A stretch of 63,408 bases of DNA, filler included, from Salisapilia sapeloensis CBS 127946 (lineage: Eukaryota > Protista > Oomycota): NCBI GenBank assembly GCA_023334545.1. It is 10 parts of 10 records of this genome, joined end to end, with 100 filler letters (N's around TTAATTAATTAA, not from the genome) between each part and the next. Parts side by side here need not be neighbours in the genome. Positions count along the whole stretch, not along the records: positions 1 to 15,678 come from JAADVB010000362.1; 9 more parts are not named here. One strand, written 5' to 3'. Within the stretch, counting starts at the first letter, position 1. Every line of letters begins with the position of its first letter. The notes beneath the pieces were generated by a model. That model worked only from the letters and a program-made list of their open reading frames with translations, was not told the DNA's origin and made no database searches. Below are positions 1-11,048 of this stretch, in pieces. The translations under genes were made by a program, and so were the position numbers.

Positions 1-140
1 ATGATGAGGAAGGCGAGGACGATGAGCCAGTCGACGCCGAGCAGGTTCGTGTACTCTTCATTGTAGTCGGCGCAGACTCCGGACGAGTCAATGGCACAGT
101 CGGCAATGCCCGTGGCACAGGCAACAGAGGATGAGGACAT
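1..140 (-). CDS. 5' fragment of a membrane protein (possibly a transporter), copy A; runs off the window/contig start
   Basis: The reverse complement reads ATG TCC TCA... = MSSSSVACATGIADCAIDSSGVCADYNEEYTNLLGVDWLIVLAFLI, ending in a hydrophobic segment. It is identical to 15539-15678. The family (e.g. PiT-type phosphate transporter) cannot be fixed from 46 aa. Confidence 0.6.
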   Translation of the reverse strand, partial: MSSSSVACATGIADCAIDSSGVCADYNEEYTNLLGVDWLIVLAFLI

Positions 141-141
141 C
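1..141. repeat. 141-bp perfect inverted repeat with 15538-15678
   Basis: Base-by-base comparison shows exact reverse-complement identity that stops one base upstream of the ATG. Confidence 0.95.
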
Positions 142-180
142 GCGGTGATAGGCAAGTTCAGATCGAAGTTGGTGGCTAGA

Positions 181-200
181 GGCAAATTTCGGAATGGGAG
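181..200 (-). promoter_or_regulatory. Oomycete-type Inr+FPR core promoter of copy A
   Basis: The minus strand reads CTCCCATTCCGAAATTTGCC (YCATTYY followed by an A/T-TTT-GC flanking element), 40 nt upstream of the ATG. Confidence 0.6.
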
Positions 201-1694
201 ATTAAGAGCGACTAGAAAACGTCTAAGCGAGGTTACCGGTAGTTTGATTCCTCAGAGTCTGAAATGAATCTAGAGATTCAATCGCCTTCTGTTGTACATA
301 AATGGGAGGCGGACTAGACTGATGCAGAGATTATTTATAGTCATAGCGATTAAGGTTGGTGATTATAGGAGGGCGAAACAAGAACGCAAGGGAGGTTTGC
401 GTCCAGGAGGCTATGATTCTCAAATCTGAAGCATGCATCAAAAACATCACGGCTAGGGTAGACCGAATAAGCGCAGGAAGGACCGTCTCAGTGGAGACGT
501 GGAAGACGGTAAGCTGGTGGAGCATTGAATCTACGCCTGTCAATCGTGTATCTTTAATCAGATCAGAGAACTGTGAGATGACTTGTTAGAGACCATGCTG
601 TTCATCTTGTTGAGGTATGCTCGACGGACTACATAAAATTGCCTTGCTGTAGAACAGTGCATGTATTCTGTTGATGGAATTATAACCAAACTGCGCTTAC
701 AAGAATTTGCTACGTATAGCTGTAGAAAGAGGAGTGTGGCATGGAGCATGATAGCTTTGGAAAGTCGCAAAAGCCATGCATGTACCGTTGTGAACAGATA
801 ACCGCATACCTTCGCATCATAGTAGGGAAAGGGATTGATTATCTTTGTAAGAATCGTCAGCTTGACACGAAGGCCGAGCACATGTGCACTAGCCTTTGAA
901 GTGCACAAAGTGCAAACGCATGATGAACAAGTGTAAGCAGTCAGAGGTTCAGATGTAATATCAGACACGCACAAAAGTCTTTTTGCCATGTCTCTAACTC
1001 CATGGCACTGACAAGATCCTATGCTGCATTAATACAGCTAGCAGCCGAATCTAAGTAGTTATCAGCTCGGAAGCACTAATGCTTCCGTATGATCGCGAAA
1101 AAATTCCGTGTTGACACAAAACGCAAAGGAATTTAGGCTGACTGCACACTTGCGCATTCGGAGTATTCAAATAATGACGCGAATTTTAACCACCTTTTAA
1201 GATCGTAACCTCAGTAACTTGGACCATGCGGCTAAAATCCGCTTTGGCACCAGGTGTAGCAACGGGTACAAGCGCAGCATGAAAGGTCGTGGCGTAGTGT
1301 TCCACTCACTTTCAAGGCACCTTATCTGAAGCGTTTTCCTACACCCGCCGACTTGCTAATGCGTCTTCCTGCTTGTTCAGAACATTAAGTATGCAAATAA
1401 CATGCAAATTGCATGAAGCGTCATGGATGGAAGATATCCTAGTGTTAGCAAATCTAGCATGAAATTGATCGCACGCGATGATCCAAGTTCCTTCATCGAC
1501 GTCGCTAGTTTCAGCTACTATGTTACACGGAGTGGATTGTGGAAGATCGCAAGTGCGCGAGTCAGAGTTGAGACTCTTGTACATCCCACTGCATCTCGCA
1601 TATAAGAAATTCACACGGGACGAGGTCAGCCAGCTTGAATCGACAAATTTTGGGGCACGAAAGTGGAGATCCGTTCTGCCCGTACCACTCGACC

Positions 1695-3777
1695 ATGCAC
1701 CATCGATTTATGAGTTTGATACTTCACTTATTTACTCTAGCTCTACTTCTCTCTTCTGGTATGTCATTCGTTTAAGTTTGTATCGACACATCAAAGGCAC
1801 TTACATCTCTCTATTTATTCCCTTCTCTCCATAGCACAAAGCCAGCAACCGTTTGCTGTACCCCCCAATCTAGATGTACCTGCGCTTGCGCTTGCTACTC
1901 CAGTTCCAGCGATGACAGAGGTTTTGCCGAAGGGCGCAATAAGTACTTCAACACCACCTGAGCTTCCACCTGGAGACCTTTTGCAATCAGACACATCACC
2001 TCCGCTGGAGACCGAGTCCATCATGTCAGAAACTTTATCCACCGATCAATCATCAGCAGAGACTCCGATTATACCCCAATTTCCAGATCTGAATAGTACC
2101 CAAGAAGCATCAATAGCTTCCAGTACGGGGAATTCAAGCATGAGTACAAGTGGGTCTTCGTCCAACCAGTCTTCTTCACATGTTCCAGACGTTGGGTCCC
2201 CGGACTTGTCTTCGCTTCCTGATGGCGAAACAGGGAGTGGTAGCTCATCCAATCTAACAGATATATCCTCCTCGAGTCGTTCGGAGGACACAGATGATTC
2301 GAAGGAGAATTCGACTAGCTTAGCGTCCGATGCAGTAGATTCGTCCTCTTCGAGCCGATCAGGCGGTACAAGCGGATCAACGGAGAAATCAGAAAGTTTG
2401 GCGTCTGATGGCGTCGATCCATCCTTTTCAGGCTCTTCAATTGATACTAGTGATCCACCAGAGGAACCTGACAGTAGAATGTCAGACAAAATAGATCCAT
2501 CTTCTGCGACTCGTTCAGATGACGCAAGCCATTCAACCGACAAGTCGTCCAGTTCAGCGTCCGATAAGCTAGACCCGTCCTCTTCAGATGACTCGCAAGA
2601 TAGGAGCAATTCAACCGACAAACCAGCTAACTCAGCATCCGACAAAGTAGATTCATCCAGTCGGGACGATGTAAAGGACAAGAGTGATGCAATCGAAAAT
2701 TCGGGCAGCTCAGCATCAAATGCAGACGCCGTTGGGCTAAGTAGTTCTTATGACTCAATGGCGGGGTCTATCGGGAACTCCAGTGAGTCCAGGACAGACA
2801 CCGAAAGCTCATCATCCGATAGTTCGAAGGTAGATGGGATTGTAGAACGCTCACGTCAAGACATTGACGACGATTTGGATGTTATTGCACTTATCGTTTT
2901 TGCTGGCCTTGCTGTGCTTTGTGGTATCGGGCTCATAGCCTTTTGCTGCTGCAGGAGGAAGCGTAAGCGGGATAAAAGAACAGACGACCGCGAGTTAACG
3001 GACATGCCCCTGACACCAATGGAAACCCACGGATCGTGCTCAAATGAAACCACAGGTGCTTGGATGGGGACACCTCAGACATTTGGAGAGTCACGTGCAA
3101 ACCGATGTCGTTCGAATGGATCTGAAACGGTAGCAACCATCGACACAGGCACTACTGTACCACCGTCCGTATGGGAGGAAGGAAGGATGTCGTCTGATAG
3201 GTTTGGCCAAGAGCAGTCGACAATGTACGTCGAAGGCTACGGTGCACAATGGAAGCATTTGTCTACAATCACAGAAGCTAGCTATAAATCTCCTGGTCGG
3301 TTTGAAAGTCAATCACAATCAAGCATAAGAGCTGATGGAAGTATTTCTCGTGACTCCAGTCGCCCGTCTTTCAACTCGGAATTGGATAGTCCAAGTTCTT
3401 CGAGTAACTTTAGCTTCAGCTGTCACAGCGACTCGATGGAATCAATTGCTCGAGTGTATGCCATCGACTCTCCAAACAATTTGTCTCCAGCATCTCTTTC
3501 CTCCCGCATTTCGGACATTTCGCAAGATAGTTCTTTGCACTATATGCCGTCGGCTCGAGGATCCATGCTTAGTAGCATCCATAGCAACTTGAGTACAAGA
3601 ACAGTGGAAGCACCACAGTCACAGGATGCTGCAGTGAGTCCACGCAACGGCTTAGAAATAAGCGATGGAAAGGAAGAAGGCAGCGATCGTGACTGGTTCC
3701 GACGAAACGCAGAGCGTGACGCAGCCGAAGCACATGCCCAAAAGAGTGCTTTGAACAGAATTTCGTACGAGCTGTAG
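1695..3777 (+). CDS. Mucin-like Ser/Asp-rich type I membrane protein (2 exons: 1695-1758, 1835-3777)
   Basis: Splicing a 76-nt GTATGT...CATAG intron joins a signal peptide (MHHRFMSLILHLFTLALLLSSAQS) in frame to the 621-aa ORF. A single TM (VIALIVFAGLAVLCGIGLIAF) is followed by CCCRRKRKR and a Ser-rich tail. Confidence 0.8.
2317..2784 (+). repeat. About six degenerate 78-bp (26-aa) coding tandem repeats
   Basis: Units start at 2317, 2395, 2473, 2551, 2629 and 2707: SLASDAVD, SLASDGVD, SRMSDKID, SSASDKLD, NSASDKVD, SSASNAD. Confidence 0.75.
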
Positions 3778-4211
3778 TCTTCCTTTTGCATATTCATGAC
3801 GTTGTACTGGATGAGAGACTGTAGTAACTCCAAAGTATTCCTTTGACGTGACCAATCGTACTAGTGTTATTCTCTGCTTTACTAGATAAACATCAAGACA
3901 TTCTAATATTGTCTAATTCAGGTCGAGTCGTTGCTGAACATGCTAGAGCGAGGTTGCTACGGCCAAAAGCAGCAGAAACTGCAGCACCGACTACTTGTAC
4001 ACCCAAACTACGTACTAGCTCACATTTATATCACAAGTATTATCCATCTACAGCGGAATTCCTAATTCCAATGTCCATGTAGAACTGAAAAATCCATGGA
4101 CGAGCTGCAGATAAAGAAGCGCAAGTTCTGATCCAGACCGCCGGTCCAGCTTGCTACCCAGCAGCCTTCTTGCGCTCGTATCCACTCCCCACACGCCGTC
4201 CATATTCGTTT

Positions 4212-5675
4212 ATGGACTCGGAAGCGTCTAGCCACGAAACCACAGCTGCCTCCGCACTCTATTCGCTCCGTACAGCCGAGGTGAGTCCACCTCCGAGCAA
4301 AGTAGCCAAGACGATGCCAAGTTCCATCGCTCCTCTCCATCGTATCCGTGGCGATCAAAAGCTCTGGGACGTCCAGCGCATGCTTTCCCACTCGACTGCA
4401 TTTCCGAATGAAACTTCAGCCGTTCCGCTAGGCGAGTTCGATGCGGACGACGCAGCCGAGACGCTCCACTTTCTCAGCACCGAGTGTCGAGTGCTGATCA
4501 TTGGCGCCGGCGGATTGGGCTGTGAGCTTTTGAAAGACGCCGTTCTCTCCGGTTTTTGCAAAATTGATATCGTCGACATGGATACGATAGATGTATCGAA
4601 TTTAAATCGACAATTTTTGTTTCGTACGTCGGACATTGGTCAGTCCAAGGCCGAGTGCGCCGCTCGGTTCGTGTCGAAGCGTCTAAAGGGCGTGTCGAAC
4701 GAACTTGAGATCACACCACACTACAAAAAAGTACAAGATTTAGATGTGGATTTCTACCGACAGTTCCATATAATTTTATCCGGTCTGGACAACATCGATG
4801 CTCGTCGGTACGTGAACTCAATCGTCGTGAGTCTAGCTGAAATGCAGGAAGAGGACGGAGAGCAAGTCGTGGATCCGACGACCATCATCCCGCTCATCGA
4901 TGGCGGAACAGAAGGACTGCGAGGACAGGCACGAGTAATCATTCCGCGCATCACGAGCTGCTTTGAGTGTTCCCTCTCGTCCTTTCCCCCTCAAACCTCT
5001 TTCCCCATGTGCACGATCGCAGAGACACCTCGGCAGCCTGCCCACTGCATCGCGTACGCCTTCATTGTCCTCTGGCCAAAAAAATTCCCGGATAAAAAGT
5101 TGGACAAAGACTCACCAGAGGACATGCAGTGGGTGTACAAGAAAGCAGCCGAGCGGGCGGACCAGTACGGTATCTCTGGCGTAACGTACTCGATGACGCT
5201 AGGTGTCGTGAAGAACATCATCCCGGCTGTCGCGTCTACGAATGCGGTGGTGGCGGCCATGCAAGTGAACGAAGCGTTCAAGGCCATGAGCTACTGCAGC
5301 CAGCTCATGCACAACTACCACATGCACATGGGAGCTCAAGGTACGTACAGCCACACGTTTGACTATGAGAAGAACGCACAGTGCGTCGTCTGCTCCTCCC
5401 AAGTCAAGAGCGTGCGTGTGGACGGTCAGAAGACGACGCTGCAAGGACTGATCGACCTGCTCATCGTGGACAACCGCTTCCGACTGCAGAAACCGTCGAT
5501 CAGTTCTGCAGATAGGAACTTGTACATGCAAGGGCCCAAGGCATTGCAGGAGGCGACCAAAGAAAATCTGAAGAAACCATTGACGGAGCTCATGGAGACA
5601 GGCGAGAGTCTAGTGATTACGGACGCTGTGTTCGTGGGAGACATGGCACTTAGCCTACAGGTACATTTCAACTGA
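4212..5675 (+). CDS. UBA3: NEDD8-activating enzyme E1 catalytic subunit
   Basis: GAGGLGCELLK, DTIDVSNLNRQFLF, PLIDGGTEGLRGQARVI, catalytic FPMCTIAETPR and IIPAVASTNA. The start codon is uncertain (4212 or 4316 region). Confidence 0.93.
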   Translation: MDSEASSHETTAASALYSLRTAEVSPPPSKVAKTMPSSIAPLHRIRGDQKLWDVQRMLSHSTAFPNETSAVPLGEFDADDAAETLHFLSTECRVLIIGAGGLGCELLKDAVLSGFCKIDIVDMDTIDVSNLNRQFLFRTSDIGQSKAECAARFVSKRLKGVSNELEITPHYKKVQDLDVDFYRQFHIILSGLDNIDARRYVNSIVVSLAEMQEEDGEQVVDPTTIIPLIDGGTEGLRGQARVIIPRITSCFECSLSSFPPQTSFPMCTIAETPRQPAHCIAYAFIVLWPKKFPDKKLDKDSPEDMQWVYKKAAERADQYGISGVTYSMTLGVVKNIIPAVASTNAVVAAMQVNEAFKAMSYCSQLMHNYHMHMGAQGTYSHTFDYEKNAQCVVCSSQVKSVRVDGQKTTLQGLIDLLIVDNRFRLQKPSISSADRNLYMQGPKALQEATKENLKKPLTELMETGESLVITDAVFVGDMALSLQVHFN

Positions 5676-5718
5676 CTTGGAATACAAAGTCCTGTCAATT
5701 CTTTTCTTTGTTCACTAC

Positions 5719-8700
5719 CTACTGGTTCGTTCGGTCTTTCAACGGCGTGTCTGTCACGGACTGCATGCTATATCGACGTCGAGCCTTGCTATGTCGATGC
5801 ACAGGACTCCTCTCTTCGTCCGTTCCGTCGTTCGTAACGTACTCGTCTGGATCGATCAGCATACTCCGCGTCGCGTCTCGGAACTTGTAGATGCCGACGA
5901 TCTTGTCGGCCAGTTCGAACATGTAGTTCCGAAGGGAAATAATCACGAACTGAGCGTTTCGTGTACGTTGCTGGATGTAGTGTCCGACGATCGAGACGTT
6001 CTTAAAGTCGAGCGCAGCGTCGATCTCGTCCATGACGTACAACGGCGTCGGCTTGTAGTGATGAAGGGCAAAAACGAGAGCTAGACTCGCGAGCGTCTTC
6101 TCGCCTCCGCTCAAGTTGGAAATGTTCTTCCAGCTCTTTTTCGATGGACGGACGCTGAAGACCACACCTTCTGCAAAGGGGTTCGTGGCGTCCACTAGCT
6201 CCAGCTCAGCGTCTCCTCCGAGCGTAATCATCTGATACATCTCCTTGAGCTTGAGTGTGATGGCCCGGAAGCCTCGTAGGAACTCTAGTCGACGTTTCTC
6301 TCGCAGCTCATCATACTCCTTTCTCTTTTCATCCCTTTCATTCGTGGCTGTCTCGAGTTCCTTGGACCGAACTTCGCTCTCAGCGACCTTGTCCTTGTAT
6401 GCCTGGAGCGCACCCATGTTCACGTTCGCTCGTAGCTGACTCAGTTCTCGTTCCAACATAGTTAGCTCGTACTTTAGTTCATCTCGAGAGTTCCGTTCCA
6501 GTTCGTCTTCGTCCAGACGCGGCAGTTCCGTTTCGTGCTCCTCTTCCTCCAGTCCAGCATGACTCTCTAGCGCTTCCTGAAACTGCTGACGAAGACTCTC
6601 GAGCCGACCCTGCCACCCTGTCACGCGCTGCTGGCTCTCCTTGAAGCTCTTCTCGGCATCTTCTAGAGCAGACGACAAGTCCACCTCCTTCTTCTTGAGC
6701 TCCTCCACCTGCTTCCGTATCTTGCTCACCTTTTTCTCTTCATCTCGCATCTGCTTCTTTAGAGACTCTGTGAGCTCTTCCTTCTCCTCTTTGGTGGAGA
6801 ACGCGACCTCTGCCTCGTCCGTAAGTTTATTCAGTCGCTCCTTGAGCTCCTCCGTCTTCTCCTTGGACGATCCGCCGTCCGAATCCATTTGGTCAAGCGC
6901 TTGTTGGGCCTTCTCCTGCGCCTTCTTCGCCGACTTGACACCGACCTTGGCTTTCGTCAGCGCCTTCTTCTTATCCTCCACTTGCTTCTTGAGCTTCTCC
7001 ATCGAAAGCTTCTCCTGCCGCAACTTCTCTCCACCAACATCCAAGATCTTCTCCTTGAGTTTCGCCAGAGCAGACTCCATCTCCTTTACAACCTCTTGCA
7101 CTCGCTCCATCTCTTGCTCTTTGTCCTGTCGTTCCTTTTCTAACGCTGTGATACGCTCCTCGTCTTCACTCGACAGCTCCCCCTTGCCTTCCAGCTCCGT
7201 CTGCTTGGCTGCCAAGTCTCGCTGCTTGGTCTCCAACGCACGCTTGTCTAAGTTCATACGCGGCAAGTCTCTCTCTAGCTCACTCATCCTTCGCCTCCCG
7301 TCTTCCACTTCCTTTTCCAACGCGTCCTTTGCATCCCTCTCTTCTATCCACGCATGCCGATCACGCTCCACCTCCTGCTGCAGCTCTTTCATCTCACTCT
7401 CGCTCATCGTAGCCAACTGCGTCGCCATGCCTCCCTTCCGGACGTTCCGACCGCCACCAGACATGGCTCCACTCTTCTCCACCAGTTCACCTTTCAGAGT
7501 CACCACTCGATGCTGGCATCTACCTCCTTGATACGCAATCTTCGTCGCGTCCTCTAGCGTCGGTGTCACCAAAGTGTTCCGTAGAGCGTGATAGAATGCT
7601 GTCTGGAACTTTTCTTCCCGCACTTCCACCAGATCAAAAAGTCGTTCGGCCGGAAGACGCTGGGACTGGTTCATCTGCGACCGCAAGTGCTCCATCTTGT
7701 CCAGAATAATGAATGTAGCTCGACCGAGACGATGTTGACGCAAGTATGAGACACACTCCTGAGCTCCTTTCGTTGTCTCCACCACCAAGTGGTCTAACGC
7801 TCCACATGCAGTGGAGATTGCGACGTCGTACTTGCTGGCGATGGCGCCTAGGTCGCCCAATCGACCACATAAACCAGCATGCTCCAGCTCTCCTCCATGC
7901 CCACTTGCATCTTGCAGCGCTCGTAAGACGCGACTCTTACTCGCCTGCGTCTGTGCTGTCGACTGCACTTCCTCCAACCTGGCTCTTTTAGAACGATACG
8001 TCTGCTGCTTGTCTTCTTCCCTCCCTCTCGCTTCCTCCAACTCGTTTTCCACCTCTTCCTGTCGACTCTTCATCTCCTGCATCTCTCCTTCCGCTTCTTT
8101 CTGACGAGACAAGAGTTCCTCTAGCTTCTTACGTGTGCTTTCGAGGTTCTCCTTGTTCACTTTACACTGCCTCCGCGCGTCTTCCAACGGCTGACGCAAG
8201 AGCTCTACTTCCGTGCTCTTCGTCTCGATGACAGCACGCAGGTCATTCAGTTTCTCCTGATGCGGCGCCAAAGCACTCGACTGCGCATCCATCTCGGCAC
8301 GTAGCGCTGTGGTTTCTTCCTGATGCTCTTCCCATATTTTATCCAGAATGTTTTCCTGCTTTTCCATCTTCTTCTCCACCTTTTCGATCTCTTCTTCCAA
8401 CCCAGGGATCTTCGCTTCACTCTCTTTCTCCTTTTCTTTCGCATTGAAAAGAGCTCGTTCTTCCTTCTTACGACTTTGACTCAACGTCTTGTGCTTTTCC
8501 TTGGCATACCGAATCTCCTCACGCAGCTGCACGTCCTGTCGTTCAAACTCAGCACATGTCTGCTGCGCCTCTTCTAGCTCTTGACTGGCCTGGTCATGCT
8601 CCTGCTTCACCTGCTGGTACGTCTGATCGAGTTTTTCTAGCTCCTCCTTTTGCTGCTGCATCTGTTCCTGCTCCTTGTCGAACTTTTCCTGTGCCTTCTC

Positions 8701-9789
8701 CTTGTTCTTCTCTCGCTTTGTACATTCGGCCTCGCTCTCCTTGAGACTCAGCTGGATCATCACGTTCTCTTTGACCATGACCTCTCGCTCTTTCTGTAGC
8801 AACTGCAGCGCTTCGTCTCGAGGTCCTTCCAGATTACTCTTCTCCTTTTCCACTGCTTTCACTCGATTCGCCTTCTCCACGCGCTTTTCATCCAGGCGTT
8901 CCACCTGCTGCCACAGATTTGCGATCGGAGCGACGTACTGGTTCGAACCGATAATGTCTTCCAAGTACTCTAACAGTCCGTCTTCACTACTCCCGTCCGG
9001 CGCCTTGGCTTTCATCATCGCAATCTGTTCCACTTCGCCCTGAAGGATTAAGAACCGATTGTGGTCCAAGTCGATGCCTTTGCCTTGTAGCAGCTGCGTC
9101 ACTTCTGTAAAGTTACTCGGCTGGTCGTCAATAAAGTACTTGCTCACGTTCCCTTTGGTTGCGGTACGAGTGACGGAGAAGGCAGAGTCCGGTACCATTT
9201 CAAACTGATCTGCTTTGCGAGAAGCTTTGCTCCACTCCTCATCCTGCGGATCATCATAAATCTCTTCGAAAAACACTGACACGCGAGCTTCTGTCAAGTT
9301 TGGGTAGGCAGCCGACTTGTGCACGAGCTCTGATACTTTCTTTAGCCGGAGCTTCGAAGCTCTTTTGCCAAAGACAAAGAGCAAAGCGTCGATGACATTG
9401 GACTTGCCACTACCATTCGGTCCGATGACAGTTGTGAAACACGGATGGAAGATCCCGATCTCACCCACTCCAGCGTACGACTTGAAGTTCTCGAGCTCCA
9501 TTTTCGTAATCACAAGACGCTTCTTGCGTTCCTTTGGGCCTGCCTCCATCGGTGCGTCGTCCATGCTAGTGTTCAAGTGACCTGTACTGGTGTCTACATT
9601 CTCCGTCGTACTTTCTATAGACTTTCGTACCTCGGATGATATGCTACGATTGGGTGTCGGGACGTCCTCATCGTCCTCTACGTTCGAAGTGAACTGAGAG
9701 AAGACGCCGTCCTCCGACTTGCGCTCTTCCACTGAATCGAGCGACTGCCGCTTATCTTGCTGGTTGGACCTCGAACTTGCGTTTCCCAT
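5719..9789 (-). CDS. SMC4: Condensin subunit SMC4
   Basis: Walker A GPNGSGKSN, RFLILQGEVEQIAMMK, hinge GRLGDLG/GRATFI, signature LSGGEKT and Walker B YVMDEIDAALD. Confidence 0.96.
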   Translation of the reverse strand: MGNASSRSNQQDKRQSLDSVEERKSEDGVFSQFTSNVEDDEDVPTPNRSISSEVRKSIESTTENVDTSTGHLNTSMDDAPMEAGPKERKKRLVITKMELENFKSYAGVGEIGIFHPCFTTVIGPNGSGKSNVIDALLFVFGKRASKLRLKKVSELVHKSAAYPNLTEARVSVFFEEIYDDPQDEEWSKASRKADQFEMVPDSAFSVTRTATKGNVSKYFIDDQPSNFTEVTQLLQGKGIDLDHNRFLILQGEVEQIAMMKAKAPDGSSEDGLLEYLEDIIGSNQYVAPIANLWQQVERLDEKRVEKANRVKAVEKEKSNLEGPRDEALQLLQKEREVMVKENVMIQLSLKESEAECTKREKNKEKAQEKFDKEQEQMQQQKEELEKLDQTYQQVKQEHDQASQELEEAQQTCAEFERQDVQLREEIRYAKEKHKTLSQSRKKEERALFNAKEKEKESEAKIPGLEEEIEKVEKKMEKQENILDKIWEEHQEETTALRAEMDAQSSALAPHQEKLNDLRAVIETKSTEVELLRQPLEDARRQCKVNKENLESTRKKLEELLSRQKEAEGEMQEMKSRQEEVENELEEARGREEDKQQTYRSKRARLEEVQSTAQTQASKSRVLRALQDASGHGGELEHAGLCGRLGDLGAIASKYDVAISTACGALDHLVVETTKGAQECVSYLRQHRLGRATFIILDKMEHLRSQMNQSQRLPAERLFDLVEVREEKFQTAFYHALRNTLVTPTLEDATKIAYQGGRCQHRVVTLKGELVEKSGAMSGGGRNVRKGGMATQLATMSESEMKELQQEVERDRHAWIEERDAKDALEKEVEDGRRRMSELERDLPRMNLDKRALETKQRDLAAKQTELEGKGELSSEDEERITALEKERQDKEQEMERVQEVVKEMESALAKLKEKILDVGGEKLRQEKLSMEKLKKQVEDKKKALTKAKVGVKSAKKAQEKAQQALDQMDSDGGSSKEKTEELKERLNKLTDEAEVAFSTKEEKEELTESLKKQMRDEEKKVSKIRKQVEELKKKEVDLSSALEDAEKSFKESQQRVTGWQGRLESLRQQFQEALESHAGLEEEEHETELPRLDEDELERNSRDELKYELTMLERELSQLRANVNMGALQAYKDKVAESEVRSKELETATNERDEKRKEYDELREKRRLEFLRGFRAITLKLKEMYQMITLGGDAELELVDATNPFAEGVVFSVRPSKKSWKNISNLSGGEKTLASLALVFALHHYKPTPLYVMDEIDAALDFKNVSIVGHYIQQRTRNAQFVIISLRNYMFELADKIVGIYKFRDATRSMLIDPDEYVTNDGTDEERSPVHRHSKARRRYSMQSVTDTPLKDRTNQ

Positions 9790-9981
9790 TGCTTCTCTCA
9801 GTCGTAGCTACAGGACGCACGAGCAGCTCACTGGCAGATCTATCGGACCTTTTCCCGCGTTCGGAGTTGGTAGGGGCTTTCTCGTAATAGACTTACAAAT
9901 GCCGAGAGATTTCTGAAAATTAGGTGGCTCACTTCATTTTAGGAGATATCCGAACAATAATGGACAAGAAAAACGATACGA

Positions 9982-10977
9982 ATGATGGAAGCGCGACATG
10001 GCTGGCCGTGGCTGTCTGTACCGAGCAATACTGGTATAATGAGGATTCTAAACGGTATGAATGGACAGAAGGATGGACATGGAGTGCATGGAATCGATAA
10101 AACTGTGCAGGAGAAGGAAGGGAAGGAGCCACAGGGATTCTTGGCGTATTGGCTACTCGGTTTGGAGTTGATACTCACTGTCAGTGCTGCCTTTATTGTT
10201 GTCCTTGGTAGTGATTTGGTCTCTAGAGTTGTAGAGATTGCAGCAAAGGTAATTACGCAGAACGATACGATAGCAGATGGTAGTAAAGTGATGATAGCCT
10301 CCTTTTTGCAAGGATACGCTGCCATTGTCGTCATGACATGGGCCTTTAACGAAAATAAGGACCGAATGATACGCCAATTAGGCATGCTATCCAACCACAA
10401 GTCCACTTGTCCATCGCTTCTACTCTTGGCTGCTGTATATGTGATCCTCTTAGCCATTGCCGGTCATATTAAACATGGCTCAATCCATTCAATGCTCGCT
10501 GTTTATATTGAAAATTGGGTATCGAGCGTCGCTTCTACCAGTCATGTCGTTCGGATCCTAAAATCACTTGTTCTCATTCCAGCCGTCGAAGAGCTGTGGT
10601 TTCGAGCTCTTATTTTCCACCTTACGTACAACCGACTTCGCTCTCCCATTGCAGCTGCTCTGGCCTCCAGCACGCTCTTCTCTCTCCTCCATCTTATCAA
10701 TTACCGACAGGTGCAGTCTGGCAGCATGTCCGTTAGTTACCTCGTCCGCCAAATGATCGCTGCATTCCTCTTCGGTACATTGCTGAGTCTACGCTTCCAG
10801 CTGAATGGGAAGCTTCTCGAGACCATCTTACTCCACTCAATGAACAACTTGTTTGCGATCATAGCACAGCCAAAGACGAACACACCATCCTTCATCTTAG
10901 ACTTTCTCTTCCTCCTTCTTTACGTCCTACTCGTCTTCTATACGTGTCAACAAGTTGCAAAGCTCAAATTACCTTAA
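9982..10977 (+). CDS. CAAX protease/CPBP (Rce1/Abi-like) intramembrane metalloprotease family protein
   Basis: EELWFR, FSLLH and LHSMNN motifs in a multi-TM protein. The N-terminus is uncertain. Confidence 0.75.
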   Translation: MMEARHGWPWLSVPSNTGIMRILNGMNGQKDGHGVHGIDKTVQEKEGKEPQGFLAYWLLGLELILTVSAAFIVVLGSDLVSRVVEIAAKVITQNDTIADGSKVMIASFLQGYAAIVVMTWAFNENKDRMIRQLGMLSNHKSTCPSLLLLAAVYVILLAIAGHIKHGSIHSMLAVYIENWVSSVASTSHVVRILKSLVLIPAVEELWFRALIFHLTYNRLRSPIAAALASSTLFSLLHLINYRQVQSGSMSVSYLVRQMIAAFLFGTLLSLRFQLNGKLLETILLHSMNNLFAIIAQPKTNTPSFILDFLFLLLYVLLVFYTCQQVAKLKLP

Positions 10978-11048
10978 AAAGCAAAGTTTTCTCCATTCAA
11001 CGATCGCAAGAACACGATATGAAAAATAGTAGATCTAGGTATTTTAAA

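Noticed and set aside
1068-1087. Perfect hairpin CGGAAGCA-CTAA-TGCTTCCG
   Set aside because: A single 8-bp stem without supporting context; expected by chance.
6245-9043. Ser/Leu/Phe-rich plus-strand ORFs (e.g. 6641-7531)
   Set aside because: Antisense reading of the Glu/Lys-rich SMC4 coiled coil.
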